Assembly: GCA_030141605.1 (NCBI GenBank)
Contig: JAQGDQ010000259.1
Span: 186,001-250,000 of the forward strand
DNA length: 64,000 nt
Direction: 5' to 3'
Source: Tubiluchus corallicola
Taxonomy: Eukaryota; Animalia; Priapulida
Positions 45,720-64,000 of this stretch are shown piece after piece. Numbering within the stretch: position 1 is the first letter of the stretch; every line of letters begins with the position of its first letter. A program made the position numbers and the translations under genes. The notes below the pieces were generated by a model. That model was not told the DNA's origin. It saw nothing but the letters and a program-made list of their open reading frames with translations, and searched no databases.

Positions 45720-46330
45720 TCACGATTAGTTGTTAATTTTGATGGGTAGGACGTCATCCAAGACAGGTTCATGTTTGGCTTACAAAATTGGAAATGGAGA
45801 TGCAATAGAGAAATTTTGCTTAAATTTTGACTTAATTCGCGAAAATTACGTTTAAATGACTTAACCGTTTCTGTTTTCTTTGCTAATATATACCATGAAA
45901 TCCAATTTCTATAAAGTTGACATGAATGGCCAAACTCTTGAATATTAGTAACTACGTAAGAGTATCCTTCCTCCAGCTTTGTCAACACACCATTTAAACG
46001 AAGTTTTCAGCTCAAGAAAAACAATTTCTGTATTAAGTTTTAATACAGAATTACGATGGGACAGTACCGCCAGTAAATGTTAGATTACCGGTTGAGGCTG
46101 CTGATTTCTACAAGTATTACTGTACATGAGATTTGGTAGGTTATTATACCTCCATTCATAACGTGCATCTTTTTTCAATGCAACAAACTCCCTTTATTGT
46201 CGCATAAGGGGCACAGATCTGTCTTTAAGAGTTTGAGTACTTTGGTAATGCATCTATTGATACATTTAAGGCAAAACGGAGGACCCCTTTTGGGAGCGAG
46301 AAAATTAAAAAGTGACAGCTAAGATCATTC
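45720..46330 (-). mobile_element. Decayed 3' fragment of an RLE-type (R2-group) non-LTR retrotransposon
   Basis: Minus-strand peptides in the expected order: SLPKGVLRFALNVSIDALP, DLCPLCDNKGSLLH (zinc knuckle), ARYEWRYNNL (cf. GRYTWRH), EIVFLELKTSF (cf. ELTVPFE), FGHSCQL..EIGFHG, ELSQNLSKISLL. Interrupted by stops and frameshifts. Confidence 0.55.
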
Positions 46331-47716
46331 TTTTCGTGTTATGCTAAACATTTCCTTGAACAACACAATCTTTACTGTATACTTTCCACTAATCCTTTCA
46401 GTCTTCCAGAAGAGAACTTTTTACATAATTTTTAACTTTTTCAGTTTAATTTACTTCGTTCGCACTTTGTAAAAACAAAAACTTACGTACAGTAAAAGTT
46501 CTAAAACTACCAGCATATTGAAGGTATATAATAATGCCCATTCGCAAGATTTACAATAACAAGTTCAGATGGGCAAAAAACAAAATATTGAGCCAATCAG
46601 ATTTCATCAAAATTAATGACGAACATTTCAAAACCAGCTATCGAATGGTTACGGTGATTAGTGATACCCGTTTACGGAAATCGATTTACGGAACCCCATG
46701 TTAATATATGGGTGCACAATGTGCCACACTGCACATGCCACATGTAGTAAAAACAGTGGTGAGTAGAATAATACTAGAATTAATACTAAAATAAACCTGA
46801 GAATTTCAACATTTCATTTAAACGAACTAACATAACGTAACCTTCAAATTTACAACTTTGCTGTTTCACAAGAATTTTAGCTTCAATTGAAGGTAGGTAA
46901 ACAATGTTTTTCTGACGTTATGCAGCTACATATATTAAATAATAATAACTACTAAGCTAGAGATTACAACACACTAAGACATATAAAACTATGGCAGCAC
47001 AAAAGACACTCATCATAAATTAAATTACCTTGTGTTTTTTAATAATGCCTAGGGATGAGGCACTTACTGCTTCCAAAGATAACGAACTCCATATGGAAAC
47101 AGTTCTGCTAAAGAAGTAATGTTGCCTAACATTTGAATTACTCTTTAACTGTTAAAATTTCTAATAAATCTCTGTGCAAAATCACAAATACCAATTAAGT
47201 TAAGGTCAATGCGTACTATTTTGAAAACCACGCTGAGATCAGCTTTGAGGCTTCTAACCTCCAGAGTTTATAATTTTAAGAAGCTTAATCTCTGCTTGTA
47301 GAGACAACCATGCAGTTTGTGAAGAAGCCACAAGAAAGCGACAGGCGAAGTATTTTGGAACGTTTTCTAATTTGTCCTTTCTTCCTATCATTATTATGTG
47401 CAGGTCATATCCAGATAAGGGTTCCAAACAGTACTACAGTACTCTAAGATAGGCCTCACATACACTCATATTTTAGCCTATAAATTGACTACTTGAACAC
47501 ACCGAGAAGCCGTTCACATTCGTGGATTATTTATTGCTATTGTGATTAGTCTGGCTGAATTAGAGATTCTACTCTAATCGTCCTTGAAGAACGCTCAAAG
47601 ACTGTCATTGATATACCGTGCTACCATAGATCCCCAAGAGCTTCCTAATGAATAGACATTGATGCTGACAAGAGACATACATGAAATTGATATGAATAAA
47701 TTGCACTACAAGTTAC

Positions 47717-47920
47717 CTTTGAAAGCCGTCACATAGTCGAAATGAAACACGTATTGTAAATTCACAAATTCCTCCACAAAGCTCACAATGACTTGCTATT
47801 CAATCCTGTGCTACATGCTCTCATATGGTCGTATCACATATCTTTGCTGTATAAACATGCAAGGTGCGTGCGGGCTGATTCACTGTTGTGTTTGTTGAGG
47901 GGTGGGTATATTTATATCAA
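47717..47920 (-). promoter_or_regulatory. Candidate RAB27 TATA promoter and non-coding first exon
   Basis: Minus-strand ATATAAATA at ~47918-47910, an ACAGT Inr-like site ~30 nt downstream, donor AAAG|GTAACT at 47716 and forkhead-like RTAAACA sites nearby. The RAB27 ATG exon begins at an acceptor (39795), so at least one upstream UTR exon must exist. Confidence 0.35.
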
Positions 47921-49049
47921 CGAAAAAGTGCATAATGCATATGTAAACAAGGCATGTACAGAGTACGTATAAGAAGAAACTGATTTTAAGGAAACAGGCG
48001 GTGCTGGAGCCTGGAACATGCCTGACGGTTGTTAACATAAGCTGGGAAAACTGAGAAAAACTAGCGTTTTTCTAAATATTCAAGAAAATATAAAATATTA
48101 ATATTGTATCAGATATTCTCTATCAAGTTGACCTATAAAGACCTTGCAAACCCCGAGAGAAACCTGCATAACTTTCAACGCACTTAAATACATAGTACAT
48201 AACTTTTCCAACTCAAAACTACTCAATTTGTTTATATATGACCGCTCAACTCAAAAGAAATTGATTCAATTTGTTTATATATGAGGGATCCAAACCCTGG
48301 AATGATAACTATCATGATAACCTTGCTAACTATAAACTTGCCAATATTTACTATTTTCTTAGACAAACATTAGTCAATAAATTTTTAGAGATGCTGTTTT
48401 AATAATGTTACGTTCTAATGTTTTTATTTCTACTGCGAAACCTTATATTTGTATATAATCAGAGGAATGTAAACTGGCGAAAAAAGAGACACATACACAT
48501 CCGCGTGGGGACTAGGGAGTTTAGCTAATTTTTCTATAATTATAATATCCGTGATGTTCATTGTGCTTTTCTTCATCACACTTAATTCAATGCAGCCAAA
48601 ATTTTAAAAGACTTCATAAAAAGCACCGAAGCCACATTCGTAATGGTAACTACGCCACTGTTTGGTTATAAATGTTTGGACTCAGAGAAGACTTGCAAAT
48701 GCGTGTAAGGCATGGCGTACTGAATGCGCAATGAAGCAAAAGCTTAGGCCTTATCGTTTTAACGTCCCATTAGCTTTGTAGGTGTAGCAACCTTTACGGT
48801 CCTCCAGAGACACCGAGAAGAATTACCGTAATAGGGAAAATGCTAGAGGGCGTTACAATGCTGTGATATATAGAGTGGCGCAGAACAAATGAAGTTTAGA
48901 CTACAATAATAGTAAGTGCATTACAATGTTGAAAGTTGACAGCATAACTTTTGGCTGTGAATGTTACAAGTATTAGTGGTTGTTAAGCTATAAGCCGAAA
49001 AACTTTTCATATTAAAAAATTAAATACCGGAACAATGTCAGCAATTTAC

Positions 49050-49352
<303 letters not shown>

Positions 49353-49639
49353 GGTGTAATCTTAATTTGCCATTAAAATACATTGATAATCGCTGAAAAA
49401 AGACTTTACAGAGATGATCAATCAGTGTTAGTTAATAAAAACTTACACTACATAAGGCAAATCCGTCAGTGCAACCTAAACTACTGTGCAGTAACGAAAA
49501 GTAAAGACAAATAAAAATAAAACGTGTTTACAACCATTCGCAAATATCAAAAATTATAATATTTAAATTTTTCAGAATATATAAATTCTGAATTAGTGTG
49601 TTTGTTGTCGTACTGGTGTGACGGTATTTCATATCTGGT

Positions 49640-51412
49640 TAATATTAATGATTCTAATTTTGTTTAAGTGCTGATCCGGGACCTGACTTGTTTAACCTGT
49701 AATGGGAGAAAATTCCAAATTAGAACTGCTTGCTTGATTATAGAGTTCGTTCCATAGTGGGTATTTGTTCTAATTTATTTTACATTACTTAATTGTTCTT
49801 TGAATTGACGATTTGGAAAAAAGCTAAATCTGTTATTTTGAAATGGTTTGCTGATGTTGTTAATGTATTTAAATATAAAGAGCAGGGTAAAATATTCTTT
49901 ATGTGCGTCAATGATTGGAAGTTTTAACATTTTTTTATGTTAGTTGTTAAAGCTTTGAATTTTTGTCTATCAGCTTTATTATGAGTACCCAGCTATCAAT
50001 AGTTCTGAAGGAGATTTAATTTTAAGCAAGTTTCTCCTTCGGCTTTTTGAAGCAGTGTACATCCATGTAAGAATTGTGGTAAATTAAAGTTTTGTATATT
50101 AGTGTCTTAGTTTGTTGTGTTAGTTGTCCTTTAACTTGTCGGAGATATGTTGTGTTAGATGCCATTTCTGTGCATATGTTATTGAAGTGTTCAGTCCATG
50201 AAATTTTATTGTCTACCTATATGCCCAGAAATTTATAACTATTAGTTTGTTCGATTACAGCAATATCTATTGCCAAAGTAGTTGATGACATGTCATTAGT
50301 ACTTAGTGAGGGTGACAGTGTCATGAATTCTGTTTTATCATTATTCGTTTTAGCTTGTAGTGACTAAATGCCATATTTATATTTTTTATATCTTTTTCTT
50401 AATAATTTCGTGCAGTTTGTATATTTTCATTAGCTAAGTAGATTATAGAGTCATCAGCATATTGTATAATTTGTGAGTGTTGCAATACATTGGATATGTT
50501 AATTATATATAGGCAAAATAATAATGGACTCAGTAATGTTCCTTGTGGTATACCTCTGTTTAAAGTGGCTCAGTCAGAAAAGTTGGTTGTGTCGAACTTT
50601 ACTCGTTGTTGTCTATCTTTCAGATAATTTTGTATTAGTCTTAACGATATTGAATCAAATCTGGTTTGTTTTAAGTTATAAAAAACCAGTTTGTGGTTAA
50701 TGCTATCGAATGCTTTACTTAAATCTAAAAATGCCACCAATATGTATAGTTTGTCGTCAGAGCTATGTCTCCAATTTTCTATAGTGTATAACAGGGCGTC
50801 AATGGTTGAATGGTGTTTACCGAAGCCAAACTGATGTTTTGATAAAAGTTCATGTTTATTTACACGTGAATTTATCTGATCATAAATAATCTTTTCCCAA
50901 ACATTGCTAATATAATGCATTACGGAAATTGGGCGATAATTCATGGGGTCGCATTTTGAATCTTTTTTGTGGATTGGAATCACGTTTGCCATTTTACATA
51001 CAATTGGAAATTCGCCTGTCATAATTATCTGATTAACAATGTAAGTCATATGCGGGGCTATTACAGCTGCACTATTTTTTAGAATTTTGATAGGAATATC
51101 TGATGGTCTACTTCCTTTGTTAGAATTTAGGTTACTTGACATGTGCATAATTTCTCCTGCTGTGACACTTGTGAATGAGAATAATGAGTTAGTCGATTTG
51201 TTTTTTAATTCGTTAATTATATTATTGCTGATTTGAGAAGTCACTCTCCTGAAATTTCCACGATTCAAGAATGTTGCATTTTGCACACTGGCAGTATGTT
51301 TGGGCTTTGTAATAACAATGTTGTTGATTTTAATTTCGTCAATACACATTAGTTTGTTACAGCATTTATTTATTATATCGTTAATAATTTTCCATTTTTT
51401 GTCAAATTTCAA
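49640..51412 (-). mobile_element. 5'-truncated, decayed LINE (CR1/L2/Crack-like) reverse transcriptase
   Basis: ORF 51412-50570 has ANVIPIHKK, NYRPISVM, QFGF..HHSTIDAL and AFLDLSKAFDSINH. It continues out of frame with RGIPQGTLLSPLLF (~50555-50515), IQYADDS (~50465) and RTNTHYGTNSI...IWNFLP (~49770-49703). Confidence 0.92.
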
Positions 51413-51555
51413 TTGTAAATAAGCTACACGTCTCTGAATGACTGTGACGTATATGTACTAAAATTTGTAAATAATTTATGCTTGGTTCATAGTATAACAC
51501 CTATTTTTATAGACTCTATAGCTGTAATTCTGCACTCAGTGGGTAACTGCGCACT

Positions 51556-51910
51556 AGGGCTGAGGATTCTTTAGCAGAAAGTGCATTCGTATTGAATCGA
51601 ATATGTGACTTTCGAATTCAAATGAAACCAAATTTCAATATTTCGCATTCGAATTGAGTTCGAAAGATTTTCGAACAAGTTTTCGAATCACTAGTAAAAA
51701 AAGGTCTTACAAAAATCATGCATATTATTTGATTTTGTTTTTCTGAAAATGAAACAACAGCTAAATTGTGCTAATTGCATACTGTTCCAAACATTTTAAT
51801 GATAAAGAATGTATGTGGTTGAAGTACCGATATTCGAATCTATAATTTTAGGTTTGAATCGAATTCGAACTAAAAAACTCTTCGAATCGAATTCGAATGT
51901 TCGAACTCGT
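51556..51910. mobile_element. TTCGAA-rich non-autonomous DNA element(s), hAT-MITE-like
   Basis: TAGGGCTG...ATCACTA ends (51556-51693) and dense TTCGAA/GAATTCGAA subrepeats, recurring at 51833-51910. Confidence 0.5.
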
Positions 51911-53240
51911 ACAGTGGACATATTATTATGCTGCTTATTCTTTTGAGAGCATGGGGAGTGTAACTGTGTAAAGGTGGTAGTGAGTGTTGCATTGTCTTGA
52001 GGCGATGCACCAGTGTTTGAGGAGGGCAAGAACGAAACATTGTTGAAGGGACGTCTTTTTTAAATGACTTTGTTAATAAACATTTGTGTGTAATTAAATT
52101 ATGCAGATTTTATTGGCTTGAATTATTCAACCTTGAGTGTAGTAGTTACAGCGTTCATTCAATCACCACATTTTTAAAGAAAATATTTCTTTTTGCAAAT
52201 TCACCAGAGCCCAGAAACACGTCTTTCTCGTTCGCGAGCATCAGCACCGGGCGCTAGGACGTATCCTAGTCTGGGTAAATGGCAATTGTCCAGCTTAGAA
52301 ATCACTGACGCTGCTTTACCATTAATATAAATATAACTGAAGGTTTCTTGCATTGAACTTCCGCTATTTGAGCCTGTTTCTGTGTTTCACATTGCTGTCA
52401 AGCTTATGTATTTTTTAATTTCTAGTTCCTTAACCTCACGCGTTTTATAGATAGGGGTACCTTATTTGCAGGCTTTGTTGTGTTTGCTTGATTTCCAAAT
52501 TGGTTGAAACTTCTCAACTTTTGAACCCTGCCGTCATCAGTAGGGTATAATAACTATAAAGTATAACTAGTATAAGTACCTCTTACACTTCTTGTACTCT
52601 CGTACTTATACTTCTTGTACAATCTAGATTTCTAAACAATTTCTAATTTTGTAAACAACTGTACATTATCATCATTTTATTTAATTCGTAACTAATTATT
52701 GTGATACTTATTCATCATCTGCATTTATTATTATTCTTTTTTTCACTTTTTTTTGCCATTCTTGTTATGTTTATTTTATATTTTTCTTTTTGTTATTGCT
52801 TTATTTTGATTATTTTATTTAAGTAATTACCAATAATTGCACCCAGTGTCATCAATTCTTTTTTATGCTATTACAATATTAAATCATAAGGGGTGAGTGA
52901 CTAGATGACCTACGGTCTTTCCTTGCCCCATCTCCACAGACAAAGTTAAGTTATTTTTTCGTAAAAATTTTAAAATGGAAATTTGTGACACATTTGGAGA
53001 AAATAAATGTCTATGTCTACAACAACATTTCACTGCCACCTTAGGTCTGTAAAATTTGGATGTACAGCCTTTTTGCTCGTCATTTTAATTAATCCAAAAT
53101 TCTCGTTTTCTCTCGATGAAATGTTTTCAAATTTGAACGTTCATTGAATTAAGCTATTACCTGAACTTTTTCACTGCAAAACTATAGGCTTTTTTCGTTC
53201 TGCATAGTCACGCTTTTGTGCAGTAGTTTTTGTGAGACAA

Positions 53241-59195
<5,955 letters not shown>

Positions 59196-60415
59196 CCGCG
59201 AATAGCTACTGGTCACAAATTATTTTTATTGAAAACTAGACTTTATAGCTTTAGCATCTTTTTTACAGGTTAGTTTGTCTCGTAAAGTGTAGTTTTAGTA
59301 TTTAACATTGATGACAAAACAATGTTTTGCAAAGCAAGTGCAGTGCAATTCAGAACTTTTATCAAGAATGCATTGTGTATAATTTATGGTTGCACAAACT
59401 GTTTTTTTTGTACTTGTACTTTTCTGTTGGATTTGAACTAAAGTCATAATTTCGTATTATCTTGGTTTTGCAATGACTAGCTTGACTGTTACTTGAAACC
59501 ATGTGTTTGCTTCCTGTTGCCTCATTTAAAATCATGTAAACAGCTTGCGATGGCTCAAATCCGAAAAGACAGATACTGAATTAAACGGCATATTAAATCT
59601 GTTGTTTCACACTTGTACAGACGATGCAGATTAAAAACATAGTTACGCTGATGTTGCTACTATTTTTAGCAAATATTGATTTTGATAAATACTTCAACAA
59701 AAGCTAAGATTTGAAATGATCTTGATTAGCTCACTGACTAGGTAGTACTACACTATAAATTACGACTTAGTCTCAACTTTAAAAATTGCCCCGTGGTCAC
59801 TTCAGGTATGGATAGTTGTGTAATATCACATCACAAATTGGGAGCAGTAAATTGCAGCATTGTTAAATATAAATTTAGCACATCTACACACCTTCCCCTT
59901 CATTAGTGTAAGAACTGATTCACGCAGAGTGAAAGATGATTTTAGTTATACGAAAAGTGAAATTGTGCGAAAATTGAAATTGACTGTGTAAAAGGCACCA
60001 TAAATATGAAAATAATTACTATTTTTGCAAATTTGTATTGTTACTGTATTATTGTCATCATCATCATCATCACAATTGTCAATGCTGTCATTGTTGTTGC
60101 TGTACATTTAACAGTAAGAAACAATGTTTTTTCTTTCTACATGTAGTTATATTACATTTGTAGCAGAATTTATACATTTGAATTTTAATCTAATTTTACT
60201 TAGTATGAATGAGTTTTCTTAATATATTTTGTTACGGTGTCGCTCATTCTGTAAAAGTAAAACAAATAAATGAATACTTACTATAAAAATGGAAAGTCTC
60301 AACAAATTTGGACTAAAGCATACTGTATATTTAACCAATTTAGCTATTTACAATATCAATTTCATGGGTAATGGCAAAACTGCTAGATTGTGTGCTAGTT
60401 AACAATCAGCAAATA

Positions 60416-62665
60416 TTATTTTCTTTTAAAAAAGCTAGTTAATGATGCTTGTTTAACCTTAACAGCAGGTACTTTTTGTTTTTTCGCTGGGCTCTCTACA
60501 TTATTATTAGTCTTGGTACTTGCTACGACCACCTCTTCTTCACTGCCGGATTCACTCTCCCATATTTTCTGTGTCACCATATAGCCATCCTCATCTACTA
60601 CAGTTTTGTTAACAAGTTTCCTTTTCCTTGTTTTTCTATGTGTTGCATCTCTCGGAGTATCTGGAATCATGTCTTCAGAAGGAGTTCCAGAAATGTTTAA
60701 ACACTTTTTGACATCTTCAATCTCGTCGTCGTCATCATCAATTACACGATTGGCTTGAGTGTCTTCATCATCGCTGCTACTATCCGAACAAACTTGAATT
60801 CGACGTCGCTTCCTTTTCTTAGAGGTTCCACTTTCATCTGCCTCAGGTTTAGTGTCAGGTTTTTTTATGTGGTTTGTGCTTTTTTGAGGTTTCTCTTGCA
60901 AATCTTTCTTCTTCGCTGAGGCATTTTTATTTTGAATAGTGTTTTTAAAGGTATTGTCACTCTCCAAATTCTTCCCACCGTCACATTGGTTTTTTGTTTT
61001 CTCCTGAGGGTTTTGTAAAACTTTTATCACTTTATTACTTTGTTCCAAATTTTGTAAGGATTTTTTACCAGTTTCTTCCTTATGCTCTGCACTTCTCTGA
61101 GCAACTTTGCTGAACATGGCCATAACATTGCCATAAGGGCTCTTTTTTTCATAAAGACTCTGCTGTTTTGAAACTTTATAGCTGTTCTTTTTCTTTGGTT
61201 CTGCATGTGCATTAACAACTGATTTATTGCTAATATTATTAGTTGGCTCTCGTTCAGTAGCTGGTTCCTCGCTAGCTATCTGTGGACTCGTTTTATCGGC
61301 TGAATCACACATCTTACTAGGCATACATTTTGCCTTATTTATTAATATTGGCGAGTCGCATTTTTCTCCAATGGTTTTCTGTGCGGACGTATGCTTCATG
61401 GTTACATCAGACAAATGTGCAGCTTTATTACCGGTCCTTTTTCTAGTTGCTGTGCATTTGATATTGCCTAAGTTCACACTGTTCTTTCCGTCAACATCAG
61501 CCATAAGAAGACTATCAGAATCCTTCACAGTGCTCTTCTGTACACTGTAAACATGAACACTAATGACTGCATCTAATTTCATTTTTGCATGCTCTAAGTC
61601 TTTCTCCTTAACCAACAGTATGTTCTTCTTTTTCATCTGAAAAACAAAAAATAAGTACATATGTAATAATTTAACAGAATTCTTAATTCAGCATGGAAAA
61701 TGATCAGGTCTTAACTGTCAGACATTGAATAACATGACAGCATGGTTTCCAAAGCATTATGTGCAATGTATGCAGGGTATAGGACTATTCAATGCTAACT
61801 ACTAAGCTCATAAGATAACAGTTTGAAAAATACCTGAAATGAAACTACAGTTTATGCAAGTAGTTCGCCAATTATATTAAAAGACACCTTTCTTCAAGCA
61901 ACCGAAGTAGACTAATATTTTTAGAATTGGCTATTGTTCAGGAATGCGTATTTAAGCTACTATGGCTGTGTTCGCAGCAGTATAAGAGCCATACATACTG
62001 TCAACCCAATTTGTTGCATTCAGCCCAATGCATAGGGTGCCGCAAAACACTACAACATGCTTATAGGCAAGGTTATAATATCCACCCACTCATCATTGAT
62101 GACACTGGATGAACAGTAATAACATTGACAGTACCACAGTATTACTGGTAACTGTTCTTGTAGGAATTATTTATCATCATTATTAACAGTTAACAGCAAT
62201 TTTGGTTCTAGCTAACAATGCAGTGCACTGCATGGCCTAGTGGAAATATTATACTATAAAAGTATAATAGACAGACTATGTCACTACTACTACTAGTACT
62301 AGTAACGTGGACTGGTAATATTGTACATCATAACTTTTGCACACTGTCGACCAATTTACCTTAAATACTAAGACTAATAAATCTCAAAATACAATGTATA
62401 CTGTAAGCAAATTAATTGCCAATGCACGTAAAACCAAAATACTAACCAACTCAGCGCCAACATCAAGCACGGCTAAACCAGACAAGAAATAAACTACGCC
62501 TAAATCTCCTTCATGTTTTCGGCTTTTGGAAAATTCGTAAAGCATCTGCTTTGCTTCATTAACATTTACATTTAGTCTTCTAGCTAACCATTTGTATGTG
62601 ACAATTCTATTTTGATCATTAATCCATTCGTCCAAATTTTCCATCCAAACACTCTTCTCAGCCAT
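60416..62665 (-). CDS. POLD3: DNA polymerase delta subunit 3 (p66/Cdc27), ~479 aa, 2 exons
   Basis: Exons 62665-62447 and 61636-60416, total 1440 nt in frame. N-terminal winged helix IVTYKWLARRLNVNVNEAKQMLYEF, SVHVYSVQK, KTVVDEDGYMVTQK and C-terminal PIP box KQASLTSFF. Confidence 0.95.
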
Positions 62666-62666
62666 C

Positions 62667-62702
62667 TTTCCCGCGTGAACAGCGCATTATAAAAATTCAA
62701 GT
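62667..62702. promoter_or_regulatory. E2F site with adjacent CHR-like element at the POLD3 start
   Basis: TTTCCCGC (62667-62674) matches TTTSSCGC, 2 nt upstream of the ATG. CTTGAA lies on the minus strand at ~62701-62696. Plausible for a replication gene. Confidence 0.6.
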
Positions 62703-62777
62703 CGTGGATTCGCTAAAACTAGGATGGTTTTCATTTCAATATCATTTTCATTACATGCATCGGCTTAAGGCCTATTT

Positions 62778-62785
62778 TCTCTCTC

Positions 62786-62829
<44 letters not shown>
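62778..62829. repeat. (CT)n microsatellite
   Basis: Directly visible. Confidence 0.97.
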
Positions 62830-62834
<5 letters not shown>

Positions 62835-63054
62835 CTTTTTGCGGAATAAAAAACTCATGTTTTATCACAATCTGCTAAACATTGATGATTGATGAAGGCT
62901 TGCAAAAAATACTGATTGAACAAGAAAAGTGGAATCATAATTATGTTATATGCTGGTTCTCTGAAGTTCCAGAATTACTAGAACAATATCAAATTAAGGA
63001 TGTCGATGTAAGTATGATTGGAAAATTTAAATGAAAGAATTATTAAGTGTAAAC

Positions 63055-63172
<118 letters not shown>

Positions 63173-63630
63173 AGGCTGCGAGAAGTATAATTGAATCCTA
63201 GTTGGAGTAAGCTGTCTAGTAGGAAATTGTGATCGAGGCTGTTAAAAGCTTTACTTAGATCTAAAAATGCTGCTGTTATATATTTATTTTTATTTAAGTT
63301 GTAACGCCTCTTTTCAGTGGCATCAATTATTGTGTCTATTGTAGAACGTAGTTTTCTAAAACCGTATTGATGATTTGACAGTAACTTATTATTTTCAATG
63401 TAATGGTTTGTTTGGTTGTAGATAACTCTTTCAAATACTTTGGCTAGTACATGAACTACTGAAATTGGTCTGTAGTTTTATGTTGCAACTAAAAAGGAGT
63501 GTTGACAAGTTGAAAAAGTAGGTAGACAAAATGGCAAACTTGGATTCTTAAAAAGAGAGTGAGTTTGAGTGGCAATCTTAATTAGGAGTAAATTAGAGCA
63601 AGCAAATTTTAAATCTGAGATAAAATATGG

Positions 63631-63888
63631 TTGAAGCCAAATGTAATTTTTAAGGATTATATAAATGCAACTCGAAATGTAGTGTATGTAATAAAAAATG
63701 CAAAAAACAACAGAGCATTTATTTCTGTTAAAAAAACTCAGGATGTGGGGAGTGATATTAATGTAACAGATATTAAGGACACTTGTGTTGAAAAGGCGTA
63801 CAGAGAATTAGGTCAGATATTAGAATACAGGAAAACGATAAGTATTGGCACTTTTTGGCAAGAAGAGGTGACAAAAGGTAAGAGGTGA
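63631..63888 (+). mobile_element. Possible decayed Penelope-like GIY-YIG endonuclease fragment
   Basis: YINATRNVVYVIK, VTDIKDTCVEK and TFWQEE follow the order of the PLE motifs 'C.S.NVIY.I.C', 'SDLKI..IE' and 'E.FW'. The YIG motif is not intact. Confidence 0.3.
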
Positions 63889-64000
63889 CGGTTGATAAAC
63901 AAGATTTGCTGAACGAAACAAAGATGATCAAGTGATATGGAATGGAAACTGTGTTAAATTCTCTTGTTTCCCATTGCAGAGTGAAGAGGATGCTCGTTGA

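Noticed and set aside
51585-51910. Heat-shock element cluster upstream of PDCD6
   Set aside because: The repeats are mostly TTCGAA/GAATTC without the nGAAnnTTCn spacing; they are better explained as transposon subrepeats.
60449-61550. Plus-strand ORFs overlapping POLD3 (also those antisense to SEC11, RAB27, PDCD6 and FBXO exons)
   Set aside because: Antisense shadows of real coding exons with no independent support.

Overview
AT-rich, intron-rich animal genomic DNA, most likely an invertebrate bilaterian; the phylum cannot be determined from the sequence. It is not prokaryotic. Six spliced genes can be rebuilt by hand from GT-AG exon chains with consistent phases. They alternate strictly in orientation: ZNF330/NOA36 (+, 5' end outside the window), FBXO25/FBXO32 atrogin-family F-box gene (-), SEC11 signal peptidase (+), RAB27 (-), PDCD6/ALG-2 (+) and POLD3 (-). 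Introns and intergenic DNA carry MITEs, a tRNA-derived SINE, decayed LINE and DNA-transposon fragments, minisatellites and microsatellites. Two structures stand out. The first is an 8-copy 87-bp tandem array in ZNF330 built from the end of a coding exon plus its GTAAGT donor, giving eight identical 5' splice sites. The second is a pair of ~680-bp MITE copies in inverted orientation bracketing three FBXO25/32 exons, a geometry that could promote back-splicing or dsRNA formation. I found no evidence for a novel multi-gene system. Gene names come from recalled protein motifs, not database searches, and all functional proposals are hypotheses.
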